A stretch of 64,000 nt of DNA from an uncultured cyanobacterium. Its GTDB lineage: Bacteria > Cyanobacteriota > Cyanobacteriia > PCC-6307 > Cyanobiaceae. Position numbers and translations under genes: made by a program. A model generated the notes under the pieces. That model did no database searches and was not told the origin of the DNA. It worked only from the letters and a program-made list of their open reading frames with translations. Shown here piece after piece: positions 31,962-41,349 of the stretch (position 1 is its first letter; every line of letters begins with the position of its first letter). The DNA lies in the NCBI GenBank assembly GCA_963697335.1, contig CAVONQ010000014.1, positions 1 through 64,000 of the forward strand, in the 5' to 3' direction.

Positions 31962-33364
31962 GCGGACCGGGGCAGACGGCGGGGCCAGTGGCGCATCACC
32001 ACCAACCCGAGCACCACAAGCAGCGCCGGGATCAGGCCCATGCACAGCCGGATGGCCACCAGGGCGCTGGCGGGCTGCTCCAGGTTGGGCAGGGCTTCCT
32101 TGTAGCCACTGGCGGTGAGCAGGACGCCGAGCAGGGTGATCACCAGACTGATGCACACCTTCTGGGCTAGCACCATCCAGGCGCTGTACTGGCCGGCGGG
32201 TTTTTCCGGATCCGCATCAATGGCATCGGGCAGCAGCGACCACGGGATCAGATAGGCCGTAGACGCGCCGATGCCGGCGACCACGATGGTGGCCAGCAGC
32301 AGCGACAGTTTGATGGCATTGCCCGGCCAGGCAAAGGCCCCCAGGGTGCTGTCGAGGGGCTGGAGCAGCATCACCATCAGGCAGGCAGCGATCCACAGAC
32401 CGCCTCCGTAGCGGAGGGCCGTGATGCGACCGCTGCGATGGGACACCGCAGTCCACAGCCACAGGCCGCCCAGCGAACTCACCAGGAAGGGCAGCAGGAT
32501 CAGCTTGCTGATGCTTTCGGGCACTTCCATGACCACCGGCAGGAAGAACAGGGACACGGCCTGCATCAGCTGCAGAGAACACCAGAGGAGCAAATAGAGG
32601 CCCAGCACCATGGCGAAGCGGCCGTTGCCCAACACCCGGCGCAGCAGCCGCCGCGTGGTTCCCTTGGACCGCTCCGGGCGCTGGCATTGCCGGGCGGCGG
32701 GGATGAGCCCCCAGCCGCAGAGGAGAGCGGAGGCCGTGATGATCAGCCCCGCCACCAGGCCCACCGGCAGGTAGCTGCTGGCGTCACTGAGATTGCCCAC
32801 CAGCACTCCCGCCAGCAGGGCCGCGGTCACCGTGGCCAGGATCGATCCGGTGAAGCGGGCAGTGTTGAGCCGGGTGCGCAGGGAGACATCGGTGCTGAGC
32901 TCCGCCGCCAGAGCCGTGTAAGGCAGGTTGACGCAGGTGTAGAGGCTGTTGGCCACCACAGAGATCAACAGGAAGATCGCGAATTTGGTCCAAACGCTCT
33001 CCCAGGGGGGCAGCCACCACATGGCGGCCATGGCCGCCCCAAGCGGGGCGGCGCTCCAGAGGATCCAGGGCAACCGTGGCCCCCAGGGGCTGTCGGTCTT
33101 GTCGCTGAGCCAGCCCACGATGGGGTCGTTGATGGCATCCCAGAGGCGGCCCAGCCCGTAGGCCAGCCCGGCCAGCCAAGGGGGCAGGCCGGCGGCCACG
33201 TAGAACCGCAGCAGGTAGAAGCCGATCAGCGAGGCGGCCATGCCGGTGCCGGCATCGCCAAGGCCGTAGGCCCAGAGCAGGCGCTGGCGCGCCGGTCCGC
33301 GCAGATCTGCAGCATCCGTGAAGGGCGCCTGGGGGGCTGGCGCTTCGCTTGCGGTGGACGCCAA
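31958..33364 (-). CDS. MFS transporter, glycoside-pentoside-hexuronide type
   Basis: YGLGD, WDAINDPIVGWLSD, NLPYTALAAEL, WSLLPDAID; about 12 TM. Confidence 0.88.
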   Translation of the reverse strand: MASTASEAPAPQAPFTDAADLRGPARQRLLWAYGLGDAGTGMAASLIGFYLLRFYVAAGLPPWLAGLAYGLGRLWDAINDPIVGWLSDKTDSPWGPRLPWILWSAAPLGAAMAAMWWLPPWESVWTKFAIFLLISVVANSLYTCVNLPYTALAAELSTDVSLRTRLNTARFTGSILATVTAALLAGVLVGNLSDASSYLPVGLVAGLIITASALLCGWGLIPAARQCQRPERSKGTTRRLLRRVLGNGRFAMVLGLYLLLWCSLQLMQAVSLFFLPVVMEVPESISKLILLPFLVSSLGGLWLWTAVSHRSGRITALRYGGGLWIAACLMVMLLQPLDSTLGAFAWPGNAIKLSLLLATIVVAGIGASTAYLIPWSLLPDAIDADPEKPAGQYSAWMVLAQKVCISLVITLLGVLLTASGYKEALPNLEQPASALVAIRLCMGLIPALLVVLGLVVMRHWPRRLPRSA

Positions 33365-33444
33365 GGGCTGCAGGGGAGGAGATGCCGGACGCAGGCCATA
33401 ATGACGGAGCCCGTCAGGGGCATGGCCAGTACAGGCGTACTGAC

Positions 33445-33515
<71 letters not shown>

Positions 33516-33746
33516 TCCTGTTCTCAATCAGGGTTTTTCGGCCAGAAGTCCTTCCTGATGACCAATGAGGCCTAGGCGTTCACGGCTCAGCGGTGTAGCC
33601 CCTCAGTGCATGCGAGCACGTGCCCAAGTCCTGCCCGCCTTCTGGGAGGTGGGCGCCCTGGGACTCCAGCCAGACAGCAGTCCAAGACCTAATCTGCGAC
33701 CTTGTCGGCGACCTATGGTGAAACTCCTGTCCGGTCTGATCTGCTG

Positions 33747-34001
33747 ATGGCGCACCGCGTGCTGGCCGAGACGGCCGTGAGCATCTCGGAACTCAAGAAG
33801 AACCCTATGGCCACCGTGGCGGCTGGGGACGGCATGCCTGTGGCGGTGCTCAACCGCAACGAGCCGGCCTTCTATTGCGTGCCGGCCAAGGCCTACGAGC
33901 AGCTGATGGACCTGGTGGAGGACCTGGAACTGGGCCGCCTCGCCGACGCCCGGCTGGCGGACGGCCAGGAGCCGGTGCGGGTCAGCCTCGATGCCCTTTG
34001 A
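33747..34001 (+). CDS. Type II antitoxin, Phd/YefM (StbD/YafN-like)
   Basis: SISELKKNPM...VAVLNRNEPAFYCVPAKAYE; overlaps the toxin gene. Confidence 0.9.
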   Translation: MAHRVLAETAVSISELKKNPMATVAAGDGMPVAVLNRNEPAFYCVPAKAYEQLMDLVEDLELGRLADARLADGQEPVRVSLDAL

Positions 34002-34272
34002 TCTGGCCTTTCATCCTGAGGCCCTGCGGGAATGGCGGACGTTGACCGAAGGGATTCGGGAACAGTTCAAGAAGAAGCTGGCCGAACGGCTGAACGAACC
34101 GCGCATTCCTGCCAGCAAGCTGCAGGGGTCCATCAATCGCTACAGGATCAAGCTCCGCGCTGCCGGCTTCCGGCTGGTCTACGAGGTGCGGGATCACGAG
34201 CTGCTGGTGCTTGTCGTGGCGGTGGGCAAGCGTGAGCGCAATGCTGTCTATCGCCAGGCCGACCAGCGCTGA
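33991..34272 (+). CDS. relE: Type II toxin RelE/StbE
   Basis: ALREWRTL, YRIKLRAAGFRLVYEV, VAVGKRE. Confidence 0.9.
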   Translation: MPFDLAFHPEALREWRTLTEGIREQFKKKLAERLNEPRIPASKLQGSINRYRIKLRAAGFRLVYEVRDHELLVLVVAVGKRERNAVYRQADQR

Positions 34273-34284
34273 GGTCCTCACCCC

Positions 34285-36649
34285 ATGGCCGACTCCAGGC
34301 CCTCTGAGCTGGATCAACTCCGCCGGGAAAACGCCCGACTGATGGCCCTGCTGGAGGCCCATGGCATCGCCTGGCGCTCCAGCGGACCTGCCCCAGCTGA
34401 ACCCGCGCCCGTCTCAGTCCAGTCCCCTGCCAAGGGTCCTGTTTCGCCGCAAGAGAAGGTGGCGCTGTTCCGGCATCTCTTTCGAGGCCGTGATGACGTC
34501 TATGCCCTGCGCTGGCAGAGCCGCAGCAGCGGGCGCTCGGGGTATGCACCGTCCTGCGCCAATGAATGGCAACCCGGCGTCTGCGAGAAGCCCAGGATCA
34601 GCTGCCGCGACTGCCATCACCGGAAGCTGTTGCCCCTCACCGATGCGGCGATCTACGGCCATCTGGCCGGCGAACACACCCTCGGCCTCTACCCCCTGCT
34701 GGAGAACGACACCTGTCATCTGTTGGCGGTGGATTTCGATGAGCAGGACTGGCGCGACGACGCAAGGGCCTTTCTGCGCTCCTGCCTGGAGCTGGCGGTG
34801 CCGGCCGCACTGGAGATCTCCCGTTCCGGGGAGGGCGCCCATGTGTGGGTGTTCTTCGAGGAGGCGGTACCGGCCCGAGAGGCCCGCCAGCTCGGGGCAG
34901 CCCTGATCAGTCACACCTGCGCCGCGTCACGTCAATTGCAGCTGAGCTCCTACGACCGGCTCTTCCCCAATCAGGACAGCATGCCCAAGGGGGGCTTCGG
35001 CAACCTGATCGCCCTGCCGCTGCAGAAGGAAGCCCGGCAGCGGGGTTGCAGCGTGTTCGTGGATGACGACCTGAAGCCCTATCCCGATCAGTGGGCCTAT
35101 CTGGCAACCCTGCAGAGGTTGTCGGTGGCGGGGCTGCAGACCTTGATCCAGAGCGCCACGGGCGGTGCCCATCCTCTCGATCTGGCGTTCATCGACGAGG
35201 AGGACCTGGCGACCCCATGGAAGGCAGCGGGCCGCTACCGCGCTCAGGGGACCGCTGCCCACCTCCCTCACGCTCACCCTGGCTGATCGGCTCTATGTGG
35301 AGCGCTCGGGCCTGCCGCAGCCACTGCTCAATCGCCTGATCCGCCTCGCCGCCTTCGCCAACCCTGCCTTCTACAAGGCCCAGGCGATGCGCCTGTCGGT
35401 GTGGGACAAACCGCGGGTGATCGGCTGCGCCGAGAACTTCCCCCAGCACATCGCCCTGCCGCGGGGCTGCCTCGAACCCGTGCAGACCCTGCTGCAGGAG
35501 CTGGGGATCAACTGGGAGCTGGTGGATGAACGCCAGAACGGCTCACCGATGGAGATGGCGTTCACGGGCCAGCTGCGCGCTGACCAGGAGGCCGCCGTCG
35601 AAGCGATGCTGCGCCATGACATCGGAGTGCTGCAGGCACCGACGGCCTTCGGGAAAACGGTGGTGGCAGCAGCGATCCTGGCGCGCCGCGGGGTCAACAC
35701 CCTGGTGCTGGTGCATCGGGCTGAGCTGCTGCGCCAATGGCAGGAGCGGCTGCAAGCCTGCCTGGATGTCGCTCCTGAGGCGATCGGTTGCATCGGTGGT
35801 GGCAAAGCCAAGCCCACCGGCCAGCTCGACATCGCTGTGATGCAGTCTCTGGTGCGAAAGGGGGAGGTGAACCCCGTGGTGCAGGGCTACGGACAGGTGA
35901 TCGTCGACGAGTGCCACCACATCGCCGCCGCCTCCTTTGAAACGATCCTCAGGCAGGTGAAGGCCCGTCACGTGCTGGGGCTGTCGGCCACCCTGGTGCG
36001 CCGCGACGGTCTGCAGCCGATCCTGTTCATGCAGTGCGGCCCCATTCGCCACACCGCCCAGCGACCTGCCGGGGCGCCCCAGACCCTGGAACTGGTGAGC
36101 CGCACCCATCAGCTCCCAGCACTACCCGCCGATCTGCCGATCCAGGAGCTGATGCGCCGGCTGGCGGAAGACCAACACCGAACCGATCAGATTGTGGCGG
36201 CGGCGCTGACTTGCTGGGGTGATGGTCGCAAGCTGCTGCTGCTGAGCGAGCGCACGGACCACATCACAGCGATCGACGCTGCGCTGGCTGAGCAGGTGCC
36301 GAATCTGTTTCTGCTGCATGGCCGGCTGAGCGCACGCCAGCGCAGCGCCACCCTGGCTGCGCTGGAGGCGTTGCCGCCGGAGGCGCCTCGCATCGTGCTC
36401 GCCACTGGGCGGCTGGTGGGTGAAGGCTTTGATCACCCGCCGCTCGACACCCTGCTGCTGGCGATGCCCGTGTCCTGGAAGGGCACCCTGCAGCAGTACG
36501 CCGGCCGTTTGCACCGGCAGCAAGCAGGTAAAACCAGCGTGCGCATCATCGACTGGCTCGACCTCGGCCATCCTGTGCCGCAACGCATGTGGGAGCGGCG
36601 GCTGCGGGGCTATCGGGCGATGGGGTATTCGCTGATTTCAGATCAGTAA
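34285..36649 (+). pseudogene. AEP-like primase domain + SF2 (DEAD/ResIII) helicase fusion, frameshifted near 35221
   Basis: First frame: LAVDFD, SRSGEGAHVW, GNLIALPLQ; second (+1) frame: APTAFGKT, DECHH, GLSAT, GEGFD, QYAGRLHR. Confidence 0.8.
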
Positions 36650-36737
36650 CCCGGGCCGAGCTCCTGGGCCTGGCTGGGTTCCGACAGCTTGGCGTTCTGG
36701 TTGTGGTCATCGGCAAACGGGACCCAACGATCAAGCT

Positions 36738-38078
36738 TCACGCGTTGATCAGTTTCCAGAACCCCCACTTCGCCCCAAAGCTGTCATAGAGGCGCTCAAC
36801 ATAGGTGGCATGGTCAGGATGGCCCTGCCAGTCATCGATGCGGGCCGCCAGCAGTTCGCAGGTTCGGAGGTGCTCGGCTGCATAGCGGTAGCGCTTGGAG
36901 CGGCCCATCCACAGCGCGAAGAACACCATCGGCCGTAGCAGCAGCGTGGCCGCCAGGGGATGGTCGGCACTGAGGCGCTCGGCAGCGGCGCTGTGAATGG
37001 CGTAGGCATCGCCCTCCCACTCGTCCTCATGGGCCAGCACATGGCGGGCGGCACGGGGGAGGGCTGGCCATTCCACCAGGAAGTGCAAGCCCAGCAGGCT
37101 CACGGGATGCTTTTCGGCCACCTCCAGGGCCCGCTCTTCCGCTTCCACATCCTCAAAGGCTTCAAGGCGCTTGAGGTAATCGCGCAGGTGCGGGATCGAG
37201 AGCGTCCTGCTGAACCACTGCCAGCGCATCTCTTGGGCTTCCGCCTGCCGGCTCAGGGCCTCGAGCACGGCGATGCGGCTGTCGTGCCACTGCGAATCCT
37301 GAAGACCGGCGGCGTCTTCTGTGGCTCCATCGAGGATCTCCAGGGCCTGCTCAGGCCGCCCGGACGTCAGCAGGAGTTGGGCCACGCCTGCGGCGATGTC
37401 GCGCCAGCGCAGATCCTCGGCATCGAACTGGGCCAGGTAGCCCTCCACATCCCCCCGGGCCACAGCGATCTGGAGAAGCTGGGTGTCGCCGTCGCGAGCG
37501 CCGTGCTGGCGGCAGTAGCTGCCCAGCAGCTTCAGGCCCCAGTCGCCCAGGGCGTCTTTCAGCGCTGGCACCAGCGCATCGAACTGCTCATAGGTGTTCT
37601 CGGCCAGCAGCTCGGCGGCCTGCTGCGCCAGGGTTTCTGGGTCCAGCTGGGCCGCCTGGGCCAGCAGTCCCAGCTGCCCAGCGGCCCGCTCGAACACGCC
37701 GATCACCGCGCCGGTGCTGTCTGAGCTGCGCTCCAGCACACCCTCGGAGAGTTCAAGGAACCGCAGCAGGAGATCGCAGGCCTGCTTTGGGTCGCCGGCC
37801 GCGATCGGGCCTGTGATCGCCTGGAGCTGGGCTTCCAGATCACTCACCAGCGCCTTGCGTCTGGCCGAATCCACAAAGGTGCTGGCCCGATCGATCGCAG
37901 TCAGACGTTTGCGCACCTCCTGAGCGGCACCGTCGATCCCCTCGGCAGTGGCCAGGGCAAGGCGCAGTCGCCGCTGGATCACGGCGTTGCCACCGCTCAC
38001 CTCGATCAGCAGTTCCGCCAGCGCTGCAGCCCCCAGGGCTTCCAGGTTCCTGGCGTTGAGGGTGCGCTTGCTGGCCAT
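36738..38078 (-). CDS. Uncharacterised helical protein (DUF6880-like)
   Basis: 446-aa ORF starting MASKRTLNARNLEALGAAALAELL and ending RYRYAAEHL...FWKL; family from memory. Confidence 0.8.
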   Translation of the reverse strand: MASKRTLNARNLEALGAAALAELLIEVSGGNAVIQRRLRLALATAEGIDGAAQEVRKRLTAIDRASTFVDSARRKALVSDLEAQLQAITGPIAAGDPKQACDLLLRFLELSEGVLERSSDSTGAVIGVFERAAGQLGLLAQAAQLDPETLAQQAAELLAENTYEQFDALVPALKDALGDWGLKLLGSYCRQHGARDGDTQLLQIAVARGDVEGYLAQFDAEDLRWRDIAAGVAQLLLTSGRPEQALEILDGATEDAAGLQDSQWHDSRIAVLEALSRQAEAQEMRWQWFSRTLSIPHLRDYLKRLEAFEDVEAEERALEVAEKHPVSLLGLHFLVEWPALPRAARHVLAHEDEWEGDAYAIHSAAAERLSADHPLAATLLLRPMVFFALWMGRSKRYRYAAEHLRTCELLAARIDDWQGHPDHATYVERLYDSFGAKWGFWKLINA

Positions 38079-38081
38079 GGG

Positions 38082-38232
38082 CTACGTCAGGGCAGGTTTC
38101 AGACACCAGGGCCATGGCAGCCTGCTGCAGCTCAACGCCGCCCTGCAGCAGTCGATCAAACAGCTCGACCGCCGCCTGGCGTGCCTGCGGGCTCAGCAGG
38201 GCGATCAGCACGCTGGTGTTGAGGGAGATCAT
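38082..38232 (-). pseudogene. Internally deleted PIN/VapC toxin remnant
   Basis: MISLNTSVLIALL resembles the PIN N-terminus (xDTS) with D>N; only 151 bp; directly downstream of an AbrB antitoxin. Confidence 0.65.
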
Positions 38233-38245
38233 TGACGGCCCTCCA

Positions 38246-38485
38246 TCACCAGCGCTCACTGATGCGGCAGGCCTCGATCACCGCTGGGGTGAGGGGGAGG
38301 GTGGTCTGCAACTGGCGCAGATCGGCCACAAGAGCGAAGCGATCCAACCGCTGCACAGGCTCCAGGCTCAGTCGGCCGTCGGGTCCAACGACAATCTCGA
38401 TCTGATCGCCCTCCCTCAGGCCGGCCTGACGCAGGCATTCGGCTGGCAGCCGCACCGCCAGGCTCTTGGCCCAGCGGCGGATCAC
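38246..38485 (-). CDS. AbrB/MazE-type antitoxin (possibly degenerate)
   Basis: IRRWAKSLAVRLPAECLRQAGLREGDQIEI matches the AbrB fold (WGNS > WAKS); GTG start inferred. Confidence 0.7.
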   Translation of the reverse strand: MIRRWAKSLAVRLPAECLRQAGLREGDQIEIVVGPDGRLSLEPVQRLDRFALVADLRQLQTTLPLTPAVIEACRISERW

Positions 38486-38822
38486 CTGCTGGAAGCGCCG
38501 GCCGGCATCAACACAATGGTGACCCGGCTGGGACTGCGCCAAAGAAGCCAGCTCGGCCGCGGCCGGCCTGTTGTAGATGACACTATTTTACATTGGCAGG
38601 TGGTGGCTTCCATCTTCTCAAGGTGCCACTGCAGCGGCCCCCGTCCCGGGTAGAGCACCAGCGGGCCACCGGTCGGTCACAGCAGCCGGCAGCTGGCGAG
38701 GTTGATCGCCTACGCCAGGCCTTACATGAATGGGGAAATCTGCCAGGCCTGCGCCGTGCGCGTAGTGGGGATCCTGAGGGGCCGACACACACGCTGGCGT
38801 GAACCAGCACCTTATTTTCCGA

Positions 38823-39374
38823 CTACATGTCTTCTGGAAATGCGCGGAAATAGTCGGCGCGCAGCTCATCGTGATAACCCCAGCCAATAGGGACCGAAGA
38901 CCTCATAATGGCTTCCAGTCTCACTTTGAACGCGTCCCGGCTTGCGTCGGGCAAGCTGCAAACCTTTTCGATGGCGCGATGATACATCAGGTTAAGGGCA
39001 GCATAAAATCCTTGATCGATATCGCCGTAGTCGATCGTCAAAGCGTTTCCTTGCTCCACGAAAAAAGTCATCAGCTCCGCCTCTCCCCATGCATCGCCGA
39101 CGGCCTTGCTGTAGTCAGCGATGGCTTTTTTGGCTTTTGCAATCTGAATGGGCTTGTTCTTTTGGACATCCGGGTACATGCATTCGTTGATGATTTTCTT
39201 GTAGAACTCCAGCGGGTTCTCAACGACCGCCAGCCGGGCATGCAGAAAGGCCTGATTCTCCTTCGAGAGACGATAAAGGTCTGCAACCAAGTTGACCAGT
39301 TGAGGCGCATCCAGCTTCATGGCCTTTGCCTTGACGTCTGACCAGGATGCCCCAGCTTTGTTCCCTTTCCTCAT
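38823..39374 (-). CDS. Integron cassette 2 ORF, hypothetical (DUF6155-like)
   Basis: 183 aa, lower GC, ATG 26 bp after the attC R' box; C-terminal GWGYHD. Confidence 0.8.
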   Translation of the reverse strand: MRKGNKAGASWSDVKAKAMKLDAPQLVNLVADLYRLSKENQAFLHARLAVVENPLEFYKKIINECMYPDVQKNKPIQIAKAKKAIADYSKAVGDAWGEAELMTFFVEQGNALTIDYGDIDQGFYAALNLMYHRAIEKVCSLPDASRDAFKVRLEAIMRSSVPIGWGYHDELRADYFRAFPEDM

Positions 39375-39400
39375 GGGCTATGCCTTTCTTTCCTGCCTAT

Positions 39401-39525
39401 TACTAACGTTTGAGCTAAGCGGGGACGACGCCAGGACGCCAGGCCCGCGCGGTGCAGCATGTACCCCGGCCCCGCGCAGGCCTGGGGACCTACCGTTGGC
39501 GCTCCGCTTGAGCGAGGGGCCAGGC
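39401..39525 (-). mobile_element. Integron attC site (R'' degenerate)
   Basis: Minus strand: GCCTGGC-CCCTC-GCTCAAGC...GCTTAGC-TCAAAC-GTTAGTA = R''-5nt-L''(extra C)...L'-6nt-R', with a long internal imperfect palindrome. Confidence 0.88.
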
Positions 39526-39611
39526 CTCACCTTTAGCGTCCGTGTCGCGGTGCGGTGTGAGCTTAGTAGCATAAGTAAACATAGAATCAAATTTTTCTGT
39601 AGATCGTCACG

Positions 39612-40304
39612 ATGGTGAGAACTGTGAGAAAGCTGTTCGCTTGCCTTAATGGCGCACTTGCTCTCGTGACATGGTTCTTTCACGAGGCCATCAGGTCTTG
39701 GTTTTTCGATAAAGTGGTTCAGCAAATGAACTCCGTCGAAGCGGACTTGATTCAGTACGGCCCCCCGGTAATCTTTGCGGCGATCTGTATTTGGCTGCTC
39801 GTCGTGCCACGCCAGACGAGACATCCGGCTAAGGGTGCTGGGATCGATCGTCCGGTGGGGGAGAAGCCAGCGCTGAAGCCAACGATGTCTGGAGGAAGCA
39901 TATTTGAACCTGGCGCGCCAGACATGGCCAAGAGCCATACTGGAATTGCGATAAATGCGAAAGTCTGGAACGTTGGGGGTGCGTCCGTGGCGACGAGTTG
40001 GGCCTTGAAGGTCATCATTCCCGGTCGCCTTCCTGTGTCGGGCCAGTTGACTCAAATACCCGACTTTCTAAGTCTTAGCGGTGCCATCAATAGTGTAGTT
40101 ATTCGGGGTGACGACGCGCTTGACAGGAAGGTCGCAACGGAAGTCATTGGTGGCACGCCGATTGAAGGGACTCTGCTGTTCTACGTTCCGTTGCCGCGAA
40201 GTGCAGTGATGACGCCCGACACTGTTCTTAAACTATCGTTCAAAGACATTCTTGAGGTCCAGACAGTGAAGGCGCAGCGTCTTGGCGATTGGAAGCATCG
40301 CTAG
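39612..40304 (+). CDS. Integron cassette 1 ORF (inverted), hypothetical membrane-anchored protein
   Basis: 230-aa low-GC ORF with two N-terminal hydrophobic segments, between the probable attI and the attC. Confidence 0.7.
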   Translation: MVRTVRKLFACLNGALALVTWFFHEAIRSWFFDKVVQQMNSVEADLIQYGPPVIFAAICIWLLVVPRQTRHPAKGAGIDRPVGEKPALKPTMSGGSIFEPGAPDMAKSHTGIAINAKVWNVGGASVATSWALKVIIPGRLPVSGQLTQIPDFLSLSGAINSVVIRGDDALDRKVATEVIGGTPIEGTLLFYVPLPRSAVMTPDTVLKLSFKDILEVQTVKAQRLGDWKHR

Positions 40305-40349
40305 CGAAGGCGTTCGGATTGGGTGCGTGATTGGACGTAGAGATGCGAG

Positions 40350-40412
40350 GTCTAACTTATTCTTCGGCGGTTTCCGTGCACCACTCCCAAAGTCAAATCT
40401 CTTTCCGATAAC
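40350..40412 (-). mobile_element. Probable integron attI site
   Basis: GTTAGAC core (40356-40350); following GTTAGACCTCGC nearly complements cassette end GTGAGGCCTGGC; upstream imperfect direct repeats GTTATCGGAAA / GTGCACGGAAA. Confidence 0.6.
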
Positions 40413-40519
40413 CAACCGTAGATCATGGACTGCGTGGGTGTGAACGGTTGTGATTGCAGTGGTTTTCAGCTGATTCCCTCAAACCGTAGGACGTGTTCGC
40501 GGGACTGAGAACCACTCGG

Positions 40520-41100
40520 AACCAGATCCCTACGCCTTGCCGCCTTCGTGCTGGAGACCAGCGGCCCTGGTCGATGCGCGACACCGGCAATAGCCAGCAG
40601 CGGCTGATGCGCTTGCCCCAGCTCTCCCCGGATCCACTCCCCTGGCCGCTCCACCCCACCCTGGCAGTTCCTGACAGCCACCCTCGATGCCCAGGAACCC
40701 GGAGAGCCAAGCATGACCCTCACCATCGAGACCCTGGTGGCCGACCCCCAGGCGCCATTGGGCTGGCGCAAGCGGCGTCTGGATCAGCGCGATTACCGTG
40801 GGCTCAGCCAACTCCCCGCTTGCTGGTACGCCAGCCATGGCGCAGCCTTCGGCGAGGGTGAACTGCCGCACCTGGTCCTAGCGACTAGCAGGAGCTGCTC
40901 TACCAGCCGTCGTTGCCGGTAAGTGTGCGCACCCGCGTGACCGAAGCCCTGGGCAGCAGCCCATCCAATGAACCGGTGGTGCTGGGTCCCAATACCGTGA
41001 TCGACTTGCCGGAGGGAGCCAGCCTCCAGTTCGTGGAGATCCAGGCCCGCTCGTTGGCCGAGCACCGTGCTTGGCTGGAGTCGCTCGGCGACGACGTAGC
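40520..41100 (+). pseudogene. Degenerate fragment, possibly of a phage-portal-like protein
   Basis: Broken frames giving LPACWYASHGAAFGEGELPHL and VVLGPNTVIDLPEGASLQFVEIQARSLAEHRAWLE; resemblance from memory only. Confidence 0.35.
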
Positions 41101-41107
41101 GGCGTGC

Positions 41108-41349
41108 TCAGCCGATCGGAACGCGGCAGAAAGGTTCACGCCGGAAGCGCCGGTAGACATCGAAATCGCTATCCAGGCTGAGGGTCTCGGCGACATCCAG
41201 CCGCTCCGAGAGCGTCACCAGGGTGAGATCGGTGAGGTGATCAATTGCGCGGCGGTCTGATCAAAGAAAGCCACGACCGCCTGATGGAAGGGCTCCTGCT
41301 GCTGGTAGTAGCTGAGCAGGATGCCCGAATCAATCAGGATCCGCCGCAT
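41108..41349 (-). pseudogene. Internally deleted PIN/VapC toxin
   Basis: MRRILIDSGILLSYY...LITSPI joined out of frame to DLTLVTLSERLDVAETLSLDSDFDVYRR; the middle of the PIN domain is missing. Confidence 0.75.

Noticed and set aside
35205..35235. Programmed ribosomal frameshift in the primase-helicase gene
   Set aside because: No slippery heptamer or known +1 signal at the junction; mutation or sequencing error is simpler
38580..38822. Second attC downstream of cassette 2
   Set aside because: CCAGGCCT occurs twice but there is no R''/L''/L'/R' arrangement
39378..40055. 225-aa minus-strand ORF as the cassette 1 gene
   Set aside because: Reads through the attC palindrome and looks like the antisense of the more protein-like ORF 39612-40304
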